From contig OZ037769.1 in the NCBI GenBank assembly GCA_964035545.1, forward strand, positions 15,654,633 through 15,718,632: DNA of 64,000 nt, in the 5' to 3' direction. The notes under the pieces were generated by a model that had not been told where the DNA came from, ran no database searches, and saw only the letters and a program-made list of their open reading frames with translations. Of this stretch, positions 14,197 through 28,425 are shown one piece after another (within the stretch, counting starts at the first letter, position 1; each line of letters starts with the position of its first letter). This stretch comes from Bugula neritina (taxonomy: Eukaryota; Animalia; Bryozoa). The position numbers and the translations under genes were made by a program.

Positions 14197-16259
14197 TATA
14201 TTTTGCTGTTCTGTTGCTCAAGACAAACGTAATAAAATCTGAAATGAGGTGTGAATGAAGTTTGAATAAGAAGCATTCCAAAATTTTACATATCAGTGAT
14301 TTATTAATGATAAATTTTATATAACTTGGATTAGGGATGTTTTAAGGCCATAACAATCTTCCATGACATATTGGTTTAGAACAGCTCATAAATATGACAT
14401 GAAATACAAGCACACTTAAGAACCTTATGACGCAGTGGTCTATAGAAAAGGGTAAACATAGATAAAGAAAAATATACTATTTTAATTTGAATTTTAACAA
14501 GCTTGATGCATTTACGTGTATGTGTATTTTGTAACAAGATAAATAGGCTTGAATTGAGAAATGCTACATTAACAATAATAATGTTTATTGTAAAGATTTA
14601 AGATGTCAATTATACTTTATAGAAAATGCACGCTAGGTTGATGTAATGATCTATAAGGTTTCTGTGTCATTTAACTTGTTTATTGTTTGGGTTATGTGTA
14701 CCTATTTTTGAACTTTACTGGCATGCTCAGAGGTTAGGAACTGGGAAACCATGACGTTTACAGCACGTGAATGAGAATAAACTCATTTGGAGTTTGTATA
14801 TATATATAGTATTTCGTTTTCTAGTTTTTGCTATACTTGCGTAGATTACTTATTGTGCTTTATAGTTTACAGATCTATATATAGATAAGCAATAAATTAT
14901 GCAGTTGTATAGCTGGCATATATAGCAGTACCTACATATTATAACATACAGGTCGTAGGTGCAGTGATAAAGAAATTGAGAAAAACCTGTGTTCTAAATT
15001 AGAAATGTAGCAAAAGTCATGTTTTCACAAGAATTTCAAACCACTCTCCAAACCGAAATTTAATAAAATAGTCAAATAACTTTGGCTATCTCAATTTTTT
15101 TACTACTGCTCCTAAATGATATGCTAGTGCATTTATTGTATGGAAGTATGGCCACAGAGTAGAAAGGTTTCTGATTTTTATTCTAAGGCAAGATTGCTGG
15201 CCTATATAATATGTTTAGATGCTTGGTTATAACTTGATAAAAGAGTGTAATAGTTGTTAAAGTTGTTGCTAAAGCTTTTGCATAGCGTTGCATAATTTTT
15301 TCATCTACGAATTAAGAAACATAGGACAAAGGGCATATATCAAGCAAAACATGATGTTTTGATTTTCGATTTTTTTTTTTATAGTCTGCCAGCCATTATA
15401 GATGTTACTTTATTATACGTTTAGTATTAATTTAGTATTCATGAAAATTAATATTCATGAAACATTTATGTTGCAGTGAAAATGTCAGCATTATATCAGA
15501 CTGCGTTTAGAGACAGTAAAGTTCTTTAATTCCTCTCGCCTCAAAACTGAGATATTTCACAAAACTTTTGTGAAAAAATGTGGATTATGAAAAAATAGAA
15601 TGACCAGCAAATCAATAGCGTTGGTTTAGAGTATCCACTCTTGTGAGAACCCCTGCAGTAGTGTAGATTTTTGATGGGGCTAAGTACTTGAAGTAGTTTT
15701 ATATGATTGAAGTTAGAAAATACGTTTCCTGTTCCTGGTAGACGCAGGTGAAGTGATTAGCTAACAGGTAAATCTTCTGAGTTGATGTTAAACCGTTAAC
15801 TTCCACGAAAGTTTTTTGCTCATAATAATTGAAAGTATGAGGAAAGTCACCAGTGGGTACGGTAATTAGCTACCTAGTTGAAGGGATTGTGACTGACAGC
15901 TCAAGACACCTCTGAGCCGAAGGGGGACTGTCTCTGCACCAAGTATTACGCTGGTTGAATCATCATGTTACAGCAGACCCAATATTGCTTATAGGAAAGA
16001 TTGTTAATACATAAAAGTGTAAGGGCTGGTAGAGCTAATGTAAGATGTTTTAAAATAAGGCATGTGGCTCTGTGAGGTAATATTTCAACTTTCTAGTAGA
16101 CAAAGGAATGTTAGCTTGTAAGCTAAGATCTGCCAGGATTATCCTATTTTTAGACTGGCATTGCTTCCTTGGTATAGGTCCTGGTATTTAATAGAGAGCT
16201 GAAATAAACTATCAGTAGTGAAAAGAAACTGGGGAAATATTGAACTGCCTGCATGAAGT

Positions 16260-16623
16260 GATACAGACAGTATACAGCTAGTAAGGAGTGGATACAGTAT
16301 ACAGTCAGCAAGGAGTGGATACAGTATACAGTCAGTAAGGAGTTGATACAGTATACAGCTAGTAAGGAGTGGATAGAGTATAGAGCTAGCAAGGAGTGGA
16401 TACAGTATACAGTCAGTAAGGAGTGGATACAGTATACAGTTAGTATAAGGAGTGGATACAGTATACAGCTGGTAAGGAGTGGATACAGTATACAGCTGAT
16501 AAGGAGTGGATACAGTATACAGTCAGCAAGGAGTGGATACAGTATACAGCTGGTAAGGAGTGGATACAGTATACAGATAGCAAGGAGTGGATACAGCATA
16601 CAGCTAGTAAGGAGTGGATACAG
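16260..16623. repeat. 27-bp minisatellite, ~13 copies (aaggagtggatacagtatacagctagt)
   Basis: Direct observation; explains ORFs at 16150-16654. Confidence 0.95.
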
Positions 16624-17913
16624 AATCCTTAGCTCCCACCACACAGTAACATAGCTTTAGCTCACGTCTCCAGTGAGATACCAACTTGAGGATTGAACTT
16701 CAAAAGTCACTATAAGTTGTGTTCTTAACTTCTGCAAAAAATGCATTGGTTGGTCCGTGAAACCATACACCCTCTCTGCTACTAAGGAATTGCCACTATG
16801 TAACTCTACCCTTCTACCATATATTGCCACATTTCCATTTACATGAAGACATCTTGTCCAGACATAAAAAAACTGAAATATTTTGTAAGAGTCTCTGCTG
16901 AGATTACTGTAACTGTACTGGCTTAAAGCCCGGGCTTAATCTGGAGGCTGTTTAAAGAATGTTACTATATTTAGCATAATATTAAGAGCTTAATATACTC
17001 AAACCTGCAACTAATTTAAGGCCAATACCATATTTATTCTATACGTTTCACACTATATAATAAGTTGAATTGGTTTTTTATTCAGACAACATTTTTAAGC
17101 AAATCGGCAAACACAATTTTTTTCTATTTGGCAACATATGTATTTTGAATAAAATTAACAATTGCAACGATTAACAATAAAAATTCATGAATAATAAAAT
17201 AACAACCTTATGATAAATTGTTTACAAATTGCAGTGTGAGATTGCATTATAGGAAAATAATGATTTATAAGAGGAATAATATAAAGGCCATTAATGTTTT
17301 ATCAGAAAAAAGTAATAAATAACAGGAATAATTTAAATGGCAATATCACAGATAATTGAAATAATTGGAAATAACCATAGAAAAATATAAACAGTAACTT
17401 TGACACATCCTCTTATCATACGAATGCTAATCACACAGCCATGTTTAGCCAAAAGTCATGAGTTCCAGTTTGACCGAAACATTTGAAATATCTTATACAG
17501 TATCAGTAAGAGAGTACTTAGCTTGTATTATTTTCATTGTAATACTCGTCTAGTGAAGGTATATATTCTTCTTTTATACAGTAAAATATCTTATTTATAT
17601 TTAGCCACACAGTTTCCACGTTCCCTTACATAACAACCTTCCGTGGCAACCTATAAAAGGATGAAATGTTGAGAACATTTAAAACAACAAGTATACTTTG
17701 TTAGTTAAAACCAAACTAATTGTGAAACTTTTTATATGTATTTTAACTTTATGTAAAGTTTCTAAGACTCTAGATGTTAGAGTAAGTACCTTCATTTTCA
17801 ACCGCAAGCATCAGAGATGGTGTTGGTTGTTTTAGATCTTTATTTCATGGAGGGCTGTAGCAAGGTTAGTTGGAGAAGCCATGCTTTATATACAAAGTTA
17901 CATTGTGAGTCTC

Positions 17914-18456
17914 TTATACACCATGGACAGGAACTTGTAATGTTTCAACGGTCAGATAGCTCTTAGGCTTGCTGTCGATCTTATTAGACTCCAAATCGTC
18001 TGTGACGCAGGTCTCCTCAATGCCGGGGCTGCCTTTCTCTTTACACCAAGTGACAAGTGAATAAACTAAGTAAGTCACACAGATGAATAAGCAGCAGATC
18101 GTAGAGATCAAGCAGTTTAGAGCAGAGCTTTGATCATAACTCATTGGAGAGGTCGAGGAATGGAAAGCAAAGTACCAGATGTTTACGGCTAGACCTATGC
18201 TAGTCTGAGTGGTGGCTGTCGTATGCACAATTCTAGCCGTCTGATTGGTGAGGTGAGATATTATCAATCCCATAATTCCACAAACAAGCAGCGACAGTGT
18301 CGGCAAAAATCTCGAAGTAAATTTGACTGCTACATGTTCAATTTTGGAATCGATGTATGTGGTGTCGCTGTAATGACGACTGCACAGAGCAATGGAGGAT
18401 AGTGATGTAATGATCTGAAGTAGGGCAACTCCAAATAGTATCTTGTTAACTGCCAT
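17914..18456 (-). CDS. Small 4-TM CD20/MS4A-like protein, paralog 2 (180 aa, MAVNKILFGVALLQII...)
   Basis: Same motifs as paralog 1; acceptor tttatAG at ~18471, donor GTAAGT at ~18658, TATA box at ~18795. Confidence 0.88.
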   Translation of the reverse strand: MAVNKILFGVALLQIITSLSSIALCSRHYSDTTYIDSKIEHVAVKFTSRFLPTLSLLVCGIMGLIISHLTNQTARIVHTTATTQTSIGLAVNIWYFAFHSSTSPMSYDQSSALNCLISTICCLFICVTYLVYSLVTWCKEKGSPGIEETCVTDDLESNKIDSKPKSYLTVETLQVPVHGV

Positions 18457-18789
18457 CTTTGTTTGTGAATCTATAAAGATACGAACACTCAATGAGTTTG
18501 ATAAAAAAAGCATTCAAGAAAAAATTTACATGATGAAGTCAAAGTTGCAAAAAATAGTGCAATCGAAGAAAACTATTAGTAAAAAATTATGCTAAATTTT
18601 ACAAATTTTTTTTGATTAATTTGAAGCATGAAATCAAAACAGTTTTCTCAACACTTACCACAAGTAGTGCAGAGACTCTGCCTGTAAAAATTGTCACGTA
18701 GTTAGTTTCAATCTACAGAAATATGACTCTGGGAACTGGCGTTGTGGTTGAGTGGTCGTAGATCAATGAGCAGGTACAGCTAGTTGCTA

Positions 18790-18799
18790 CCTTTTATAC
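18790..18799 (-). promoter_or_regulatory. Putative TATA box of paralog 2 (GTATAAAAGG)
   Basis: Consensus TATAAAAG ~135 bp upstream of the 5'UTR donor; paralog 5 has the same layout. Confidence 0.55.
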
Positions 18800-21616
18800 C
18801 CCTACTTCAGTCATCAATCATCATCAATATTCGGTTTAATTATCAAAATATTGCCAATGATTGTTTAAATATAGATAATCAGAGACAACAATATATCACT
18901 AGCAATCAGGAAATGTTTTACGCATGGCACACAAAATGACATGTTGAAATATTTTAGTATAATTTAATAAGGCTTGAGCTTGTTTAGATGTGTTGTGACT
19001 GACACATCGATCAAACAGCTTCTTGTGATGATAGAAACCTTTTTTGTTATCACACCTGCGTTTTAGCATTTACTAAGAATTTGGTAAAACAAAATAAAAT
19101 GTCTATCTAATGAAAACTAGCGTCAGTTTATATTATAGTCACTATCCCTGTGCATGATTACCCCTGATGAAAGATTTATTTTAAATTGGGCTATAAGGAC
19201 TTATTCTGCATATTGGTGCATTATTATGATTGGATGCTCTTTCTAACATCACCGCCGGTGATAAGACTATAGAACTACTGGTGAGTGCTCTACCTATACA
19301 GCTGCCTTCTGTATATCTATAATAGTCGCAATCAAAACTAATATAAGTTTCAAAAACTTATAAAATAAGTAATCTGGCAACTGGGAAATAATTTCCATCA
19401 AATACCAGGCAAACGCTGATATTGCTTTTATGTTTGCTCCATCATTTTATGACATTTATGACATAGTTTGCATAAAACTTTTTGTTTAGGAAGCAAAATG
19501 GGAGCTTGAATTGCAAAAGAAACATGAAAATTGAGAAGTTTTTTTGAAGAATGCTAGCACATACATGACATTCAACAAACATGCTTAAGCTACTACATCT
19601 AGAATTACAGGTTTATAACTTGACAGTTTAATAAACTAGCTAATAATCCAACTTGTATCCTAGCTTCTACATAACACTTCAACCAATCAGCAGCAGCCTA
19701 CCAATTCGAACTGGTAAACAGGAAATGTAAGGTAAAAGTAAGATTAATTGTCTTCTTATATTCTAACAGAAGTGAGATTTTTGTCAGCAGCTTGGAGAAT
19801 GCTGCTGGTATATGCTGCTGCCACACTGTGGTTGTGTCTTGAGAAATGCAACGACCTGGATCAAAGGTCTTGTAATATGAATTCCCTATAAAGATACAGC
19901 TCCGAGTTTTACACACAGCCAAAAAAGCTTTCAAGCAAGTGTGTTGGATTTGAAGGAGGCGTCAGATAAAAATTAGGAGTTATTTTCTCTCTTTAGTCAT
20001 ATGTGTACGATAGATACATATAGATGATAAGCTGTTTTGGAGAAATTTACAAAGGAGTGGTACAAAATATTTCTCATATTTTTATAAAAATGCGATATTG
20101 CTCATATATATAATTTTCATTGCAGTATTGTAATATTTTCTTACATTCTATACTCCCTTTGCGATGGTTGAATTATGACTCATTATTCTGCAATGTCTAA
20201 AAAATTAAAACATTGCAAAAATGTAATTTCAATTCTAAAAATATAGTTTTTCAATTCTCTGTAGAAATTAAATAATATATTATGCAAATTGCAATAAATA
20301 TAGAAAATCAACAGTAGTTTTCAAATAGTTGCACAACCCCAAACATTCTAAATAAAGAATATTACTTCAGTGTTATTGAATTTCCAGTGATTTCTACAAG
20401 TTGCTCTCATGTTGATGTCAGACTGCGTAAAATAAGGACACATCAGTACATCAGTTGTAGGGTTGAGTGAGCACATGACTAAGAGACAGTCTATTTGTGT
20501 CACTTGCTGAGGTGTCCACAGCATGACATCTGACTTAATCCTCAGTGCAACTCGTATCAGGATGTGTGAGTTGGTTCTAGAATATTCATCAGTTGTTCAG
20601 ATGTCTTCCTCTAGAAGAATTATCCTCTGTCTAGAACTATGCTCTATTATATTGTTTTGAGTTGCAGTGTTTTAGTACAGGTGTACCCTTAGCTTGATTG
20701 GAATCATCTTTTGCATGACCATCAACACTTCCTGCATCATTAGAGCTGAAACTCACAGTGCAGCAAACAAAATTTATGCGAATTAAAGCATGAGATAAAA
20801 ATACAGTTCAACAAAATAAGAAATTGTACCCAACTTAACAATTGAACTTACTTTTATGAGTTGTCTCTCCTCATATGTATTTATTAACATATTGAGGGGT
20901 TTGGTCCATTTTATAGCCTATATAACTGTTTCAATTATTGACTTAATTTAAATAATATAATTAATCAAATATTATTCAGGCATAAGCTATTAGCACATAA
21001 CAATTTTAGCACAAAGAAACAAGCTGTATCTACAATAGAGTTGTTTGCAATGTTGCTTTAATGTTAGCACAGCTTGATGCTATACAGCCCATTTCTAGCA
21101 TTTCAATTAGTTTGGAAATGTAAGGCTTAGATATATGTGCGGCTAGTAGATAAGGTATAGAGTTTTGGAATCGTTTGTAATTAGAAGCACATCTGACCCT
21201 CCCCCTTTTCCTGCTGCCTATTAATTATTTAAACTAATCTTAAAAATACGTCTCCTCTTTAAAAATTAATAATTGACTAAAGTTGTGTGCGACCAATATG
21301 AGAATTTTAATTTTTGCCGTTAATAGCTATAATAATGCTAATATTGCTAATTACATTCAGCTGCAATTACTCACCATGTCAATTTATAACTTGTTATGTC
21401 GTGTCCTTCTGCAGTTCCTCCAGGGTGATTCTCTACCACTCTCTGGGTGTCACTACAACCAGCCATGGATGTCCTGTGTCTTAGTTTCTAAGTGTGGATT
21501 ATATTCCTTATAATATATTATGTATATATTGCATATGTATTATATGTATACAATACTATAACATGTATATTACTTATAGATTGTGTATATTTCACATGCA
21601 TATATTACGTATATTT

Positions 21617-21747
<131 letters not shown>

Positions 21748-22871
21748 TATTTATCTTCTTTATATAAAAGTTGTTTGTAAATTTGTTTGGCTTAAAAGCT
21801 TCAAATGATGTTCTCTTAACCGACACGTTATTCTTTTTATGCATGCATTGAAACTTTAATTTTAAATGTTTTTGTTTTTAATTTGTTTGTCAACTTTTTA
21901 AATCATCACTCCTTTACTGAAGCAAAACAATTTTAGCATTTGATTTACCCTACATCTAAATCGGTTGTTTTGATGGCTACAAATTACACAAGACGTATTG
22001 CGCATTTCTGAAAAGACATTAATAGTGGCATTCTACAGTTAAAAATAAACAATTTTGTTTTTATAACTTCTCTTTGTATAAAATTAGTTATTCTGCTGTG
22101 TAAGCTGTCCTGGTCATCAGTTTTTATTTATTTTTATTTAGCGAAGCCGATGGAATTTCTATAAGTAGAATGTTCTGCTATGATTCAAATAATTTCAAAT
22201 GGAATCACTATTGCACTTCCTCAAGTAGCTAGTTTCAAAACTCTGCTGCAATTTAGAACACACATGTATTTGTTGGAAAACCCACAGCAAAAAAAGGATA
22301 TCAGGGTACAACTTTTGCATCTTGTAGGTAATGACTAGCATTTCCTGTTTCCAGATGGTACCATGACATTGCATCAACTTTAGAGGACACGGAGTGGACA
22401 AAATTTAATTAAAACATTTTTGCAGTTTCCTAAACAAGATTTAGTGCTAATATTATGTATTAATTCTAAATTTAGTTTATAAACAAAAAAGGAAACCGTC
22501 CTGGCAAAATGTTCAATCAAATGTTTTTGGTTTGAGCTTTCAGTACTGCTGGAAGTAGGAGTGGTAGCGCTGTAAGAATGAACTAGCGGCTATATTTGAT
22601 AAGACTTCTGCCGGTTGTTGGGCTTCACCCCAAATCAAGGCCTATTTAAAAAGGAACATTACTGATAAGTCTGAGAATATAGTTGCAGAAATATTTTAAA
22701 ACAATCATAAAGCCAATTAGTCTAAACACAGCTTTATGGTGTAGATATTTAACATAATATTTTAGTCGAATAAATACAAAGTTTTTATTAAAAAAATCAA
22801 ACAAATCATTAACATTATAGCATAAAAGAAAGATCTAACATATTAAAAATTTAAACTGACATATTTGAATT

Positions 22872-23123
22872 TCAGAATGCATTTCTCATTGCACTTGTTG
22901 AAAGTGCATTTGCACCGATTAGACCTATAGTTGATGAAGAAAATGCTAAGTCAGGGGTTCCTGCATGGTGCATCCAGGAGGTGCTATTAATTAGCTGGAT
23001 ATATTCATCCTCCCTAGACATGCACAGACTGCGTGTTGAGTCAAGTAAACCACCAGATGCATGCAATGGATACAAATATTCTGTAAGTTGAGTCAATAGC
23101 TGATAAAAACTTGCTTGTCCCAA
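22872..23123 (-). mobile_element. Possible decayed PIF/Harbinger transposase N-terminal fragment
   Basis: Weak resemblance only: M..ASFYQLL..L..YL...MSRE...AG..DLAF..STI recalls the Harbinger helix-turn-helix region. No catalytic domain seen. Confidence 0.25.
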
Positions 23124-23284
23124 TAAAAGATCCTAGTGCCTACATGTAGAACTAGAATAATGTTTAAAGAATAAGAATATTTATTCTACTTGAAATTTAG
23201 TCAACATTACTATAGCTATGAGAACTTTTTCAAGCTAAACAAACTATAAATAGTGTTCAATGTGTTGTACACTATAAAATTTTT

Positions 23285-23358
23285 GCCCCACCAGCTGGGA
23301 TTCGAACACGAGGCATATGGCTTGCAAGCAGTGGAGCTACCATTACACCATAGGAGCC
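23285..23358 (-). pseudogene. Degenerate tRNA-like sequence / SINE head
   Basis: GGCTCCTA-TGGTGTAATGGT (A box)...GTTCGAATCCC (B box) at tRNA spacing, but the anticodon and T stems pair poorly. Confidence 0.55.
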
Positions 23359-24368
23359 ACTGGGTAAACTCAACACTACACACCCTTAGCAAGATATCAC
23401 AAAACTAAAATTCAACTTAAAAAGCTTTTTAAATAAAAGATTGCATTGTGCAGCTTGCACATTTAGTCTTAAAATTTTGTAGATGTATAGGAGTGTGGCC
23501 CCTATTTCATTCTGAAAACTACATTAGAAGAATCTATTTTACTTTGTGTTAAATCTCATAAGTATTATTGATCACATGCTAAGCTGTAAATCTGCGTTCT
23601 TCAGTTTGTATATCATCCACAACTTAAGTCACTCCTGGATCAGTACCTATTTTTAGCAGCCAAGCTCTTTTTAATATAATGGTAATCCTAATATTTATAG
23701 AATTAATCATATTGTAAGGTAAATGGTCTCATTATGCTATGAGTATGAGACTAACCGATGATTAGGTCTCCCTTACTGATCTAATTCTCATCAACTAGTA
23801 GTAAATAGCTCAATAATAATGTATCAATACTATTTGTGGTTGTAAACCGCTTCTGATCATTCATTGACATCAAAGAAGACCACAATACCAAGCTTTTGTG
23901 CGTTGGCTAACTAAAACAAAATAGAAGTTGATCCGAATTCAAAAAGACTCTGGCTAAACACCTCAGCTTTCGCAGTCAATGCCCTCTATGCAATGTTATT
24001 CCGTTTTATATCAAGTTAGTCATTGTGACAATAAATTATTTATTGACAGATCTGTGCTATTTTTTCTTTGATTATTTCTAAATCAGCAGACGCTGATTGT
24101 ACTTATGATGTATTAGTATTTTGACACCATATTGCTCTAATAGTTATTATATAATAGATGAATTGGGAAAGGAGCTATAAATAATTTGACACACACCAAA
24201 TCATCATATTGTTTGGATGAGTTAATTTTATTATAGAGTAATAAATTGTATATCCTATTTATATTATTTATGTGATTCAATGTGCAACAGCTTGCCTAAT
24301 TTTTAAAAATATTTTAATTATAGCACTTTAAGTACAGAATGTATAATATTGAGTATATGTAGTCTGTT

Positions 24369-24582
24369 AGCACAGCTGTGGTCTATATAGGGGTTAGAGC
24401 GTTTACCTGGTAAGCACAGAGTCATGGGTTCAAGCCCCGACAAAGGCCATTGGTGATGTTAGGAAGAGCATTCAGTCATAATTGCTCCTGTGTCACATCT
24501 GAATAAGTCCTTAGCCCGCTTTAACAAAAACCCTTCCATCAGAGATTTCTCACAGGGATAGTGACTATAAATTTGCGTGAGT
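24369..24582 (+). mobile_element. tRNA-derived SINE
   Basis: A-box-like tggtcta...gg, B box GGTTCAAGCC, body aligns with 38122-38335. Confidence 0.8.
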
Positions 24583-25338
24583 AGTCTGTTAACACAATAG
24601 CTATATGAGTCTTTTATTGAAGCTAACACAGGGGGCTTTCTGTTAACATTTACAGGTGCTGATATTGGAAGGGGGAGCCAAATAGTCAAAAATTCACGTC
24701 TACCCAAAGTTTATGGCATCAGAATAAAGGTATATGAGAGTTGTGGGTGTGAGAGGAAGTAAGATAGCAAGGGTAGAAGTAATAATAGAAGAATTAAGAG
24801 CAAATAATAGAGATGTGAAACTGAATAATGGGCATAGTATACAGTAAGGGTATAGGGAAATGAATAATAACAGTATAAGGCCAAATATTAGATCTAAAAT
24901 CATAAATAATGAGAGCTAACTGGCTTCCTCTAAACATATGAGGAAGTAAAATTATTATATACTTTATTGTGAGCAAATGTGTTGGAATAATGAATGAATC
25001 CCTGACTATTTGGCATTCCATGCAAAGCACAATTTGTAATACTACAATGCGCATCTGACTCCATACATTTCTATTTATTCTATACAAAAAATATATGAAT
25101 TGCAATAAAAGCTATAAAATTCTAAAAATTAATAAATAAAAATTTATCAAAGAGTATTACAACATTTTATCTTTGTAAATATTATTCCATAGTAATGTTT
25201 GACAGTATGACAACTATAATAACTTAATATATACTGTATTATAAAACATATAGTAATAAACAAAGCATGTTTAAGAAGTTTGGTAAATTCGATCTTACAA
25301 CAAATAAATAAAGTTCCTATTACTTGGCTTGTTTAATT

Positions 25339-25779
25339 TTAGTTTGTATGGGTGGTCTTAGACCTCCCCCACTCAACAGCCAAATAGACTAAGTACCCTA
25401 GACAGGTGGCGAGACAGAGGGTGGTGGATATGACACATCTCAATGCAGAGTTCTGTTCATAGACTACTGGTGATGTGTTGTACTGGTAGACAAAGAACCA
25501 GACGTTGACTGCAACCCCTACGGTAGTCTGCACTGTGATGGTGGTGTGAACAGTTCTGAGTGTCTCGTTGACCATACAGGAGATGATAACTCCAATGATG
25601 CCGCAGATCAGCAGTGATATTGAGGGAAGGCATCGAACAGTCCATATAACAGCTGTGCTCGCTGCTGTTGTGTTCATCTCTGTTAAGTTACTATAATGTG
25701 TAGTACACAGAGCTATTGAACACAGTGATGTGATCACTTGGAGTAGAGCAACTCCAAATAGTACCTTGTTGGCAACCAT
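25339..25779 (-). CDS. Small 4-TM CD20/MS4A-like protein, paralog 3 (146 aa, short C-tail)
   Basis: ATG-start ORF nearly identical to paralog 4; acceptor tttttcAG ~25814, candidate donor GTAAAT ~26158. Confidence 0.88.
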   Translation of the reverse strand: MVANKVLFGVALLQVITSLCSIALCTTHYSNLTEMNTTAASTAVIWTVRCLPSISLLICGIIGVIISCMVNETLRTVHTTITVQTTVGVAVNVWFFVYQYNTSPVVYEQNSALRCVISTTLCLATCLGYLVYLAVEWGRSKTTHTN

Positions 25780-28054
25780 GACTGTTTGGTTTTCAAACAG
25801 GGAAATATTTGACCTGAAAAATAGTTTACGCCGGTCAAAAGCACAAAAAGCTTCCTTAGAAAATAAGTGCTTCTTAAATTATTACTTTAGTAATTTATAA
25901 TCCATTGCTAAATTCTAAACATGGCAGGAAAATTGCCTTGCGTGTAAAAAACACAATTCATGGTGAAACATAATTAATACAGTAAATAGATTTTACGTAA
26001 AAACACAGTGGTTCATTGTATTCCCTGAGCACGTGTGTTATATTTTATATTTCGGTAGAAGCTGTATACTAACTAATAGTTTAAAGTTTACAGACATATT
26101 GTAGTTCTACACTATAACACTTGTATGTGTACTTTGGAATATTTCGCATTAAATTTACCTGTAATAAATCACCTGCAGCGAATTTGCAGCTCTTCCTTTG
26201 TTACTCCCTTTACAAAAGATGGGATAATTACCTTAAGCTCTTGTCTCTATATGTTATTAGGATGTATGCTCGTATAATTGTCGTAGATAATTAAAATAAT
26301 CAACTTGACTATACTGACGCACACTCTATACTATATCATATTCCACATCAGTAGCTTGAGTGTTTCATGCCTTTCACAATAAAGGAACATGATATCTTTG
26401 ATTAATGAATTCAAAAACAAGGAACTCCGAATGTTGAAATCTTTCAGTAAGAAGTCTTCATCTAATTTGTTTTCTTTGATATGTTTTAGCAAGACATATT
26501 CATCAAATATAATTGCTTGAAAAAGTATAATTTGTGAACCAGGAAAGTGTCACATAAAGGGTCATGTGACCTGGTGAGGTATTGTGGTAAAAGCACTGGG
26601 AGCACCTGCTATGGAGACAAGAAATAGCTAAGTACTCATTAACCTTGTGTAAGGGTACAGTAATAGGCCAACTGTGCAGTAGACTATATAGTAAATGTCA
26701 TGGTACGCAGTATCTAGGCCAAACTTTGTAGAAAAACGCTTAATAAAGAGAAAACGTGTAGCCATAGCTTAATTTGAAGAACTCAGTATATCCTATAAAG
26801 TAAAATATATTATTACTCTATAGAGGTATAATATAGGTATATAATTATTACTATATATCTTATATAATATACATTAATATTATATTATGATAGAAAATAT
26901 GTTACCACTATATTATGATATACTATGTCTCACTACTATATTGAAACGTAACATATATTACCACTTTATTACAATGTAATATATTCACTATTATATTAAT
27001 GTAATATATATTACCACTAACAAGAGGAAAATTGAGCTGTGCTGACTCATTAAACAAAAGCTACTATAGTAAAAAGCTATTGCAAAAGCTTTCACAAAAA
27101 CTTTCATCAAACAATATTTTACTAAAAGCTTGAATGAAAATCTCCTGTAACAAATGTTATCAGCAAAATCTTTAATTTTTAATTTGGGGTTGTTTGGATA
27201 AAAGTAAAAAATATCTAATTTAGCTGATAAATTAATATTCGGTTTTTATTTCCATACTTCAGATGTTGTTTCTTCTTGCTACAAAATAAAACTTGTGAGA
27301 TGCATTTTTATGTCTCAATAAAATGAATTGCAACAGTGAGATATTATTATTTCCTCCACGCATTAAAGAGTGAGTGAGTCACTACTGCAAGTCAAGAACT
27401 GTAACATGTACAAGCAACTTTAACAGAAATTAAGGGTTATATTATTTACCCTGTACAGCTCCACACCATTATAATTATGTCTAAAACAGTTTCAAATGCA
27501 ACTTCACACGGTTATTGTAAACCTATGTGAATAGCGAATAGAAAGCTGGTCTCTACTTTCAAAAATGTTTTTTCTTGAAAAGAAATTACGTTGGTCAACT
27601 TATCCATTTACATTTCAGAATTCATACACCGGGATGGGAAGGCAAATAGTTGCAGGGTAAACCTTTCAAAAGTTTTTTTAACACATTATGCATTATAGAA
27701 TAATCCCTTATGCATCACCTTACATTATGCATTATTCTCCAATTTAGTAAACAGTATACAGCTTAGTTGTTCAAATATATTTACAAAATAATACATCAAT
27801 AGTATAGTTATAATAACTTGGGTTAGTTTAAAACCAAAGGCTATATATAAAGTAAATAGACTCATGCTAGCAGTTTCTGTAAACCAAATCATTCTTATTT
27901 CACCTCCTTGCATCACCGTGTTACGTTGCATTAATTTAGTTTTCATTTTCTTCCTAGAAGACCATGGTGTGTAAGGAAAAGCAAGTTCACTTGTTTTGCT
28001 TAGTTTTCTGCTATGAGACAAGCAGTGTACAGTTCCTGATGTGCTTTGTACATT

Positions 28055-28425
28055 CTAGTGTGTATTACAGTGTATATTATAGTATAATTATATTATAGTA
28101 TGTCTTGTATAGTCTACATTACAGTGTTTATTATAGTATATATATTACAGTGTATGTTACAGTGTTTATTACAGTGTATTTTAGTACATATTATAGTATG
28201 TATTATAGTATATATTACAGTGTATATTGTAGTATATATTACAGTGTTTATTATAGCATATATTATATTATATATTACAGTATATATTGTAGTATCTTTT
28301 ACAGTGGATGTTATATTATATTATAGTATATTAGGCCTATATATACTACAGTGTACATTATAGTATACATTATAGTGTACATTGCAGGATATATTACAGT
28401 GTACATAACAGTATTTGCAGTATTA
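28055..28425. repeat. Degenerate 12-bp-period low-complexity repeat (tattacagtgta)
   Basis: Direct observation. Confidence 0.85.

Noticed and set aside
23285-23358. Functional tRNA gene
   Set aside because: A and B boxes are present but the cloverleaf stems do not pair; kept only as a tRNA-like relic.
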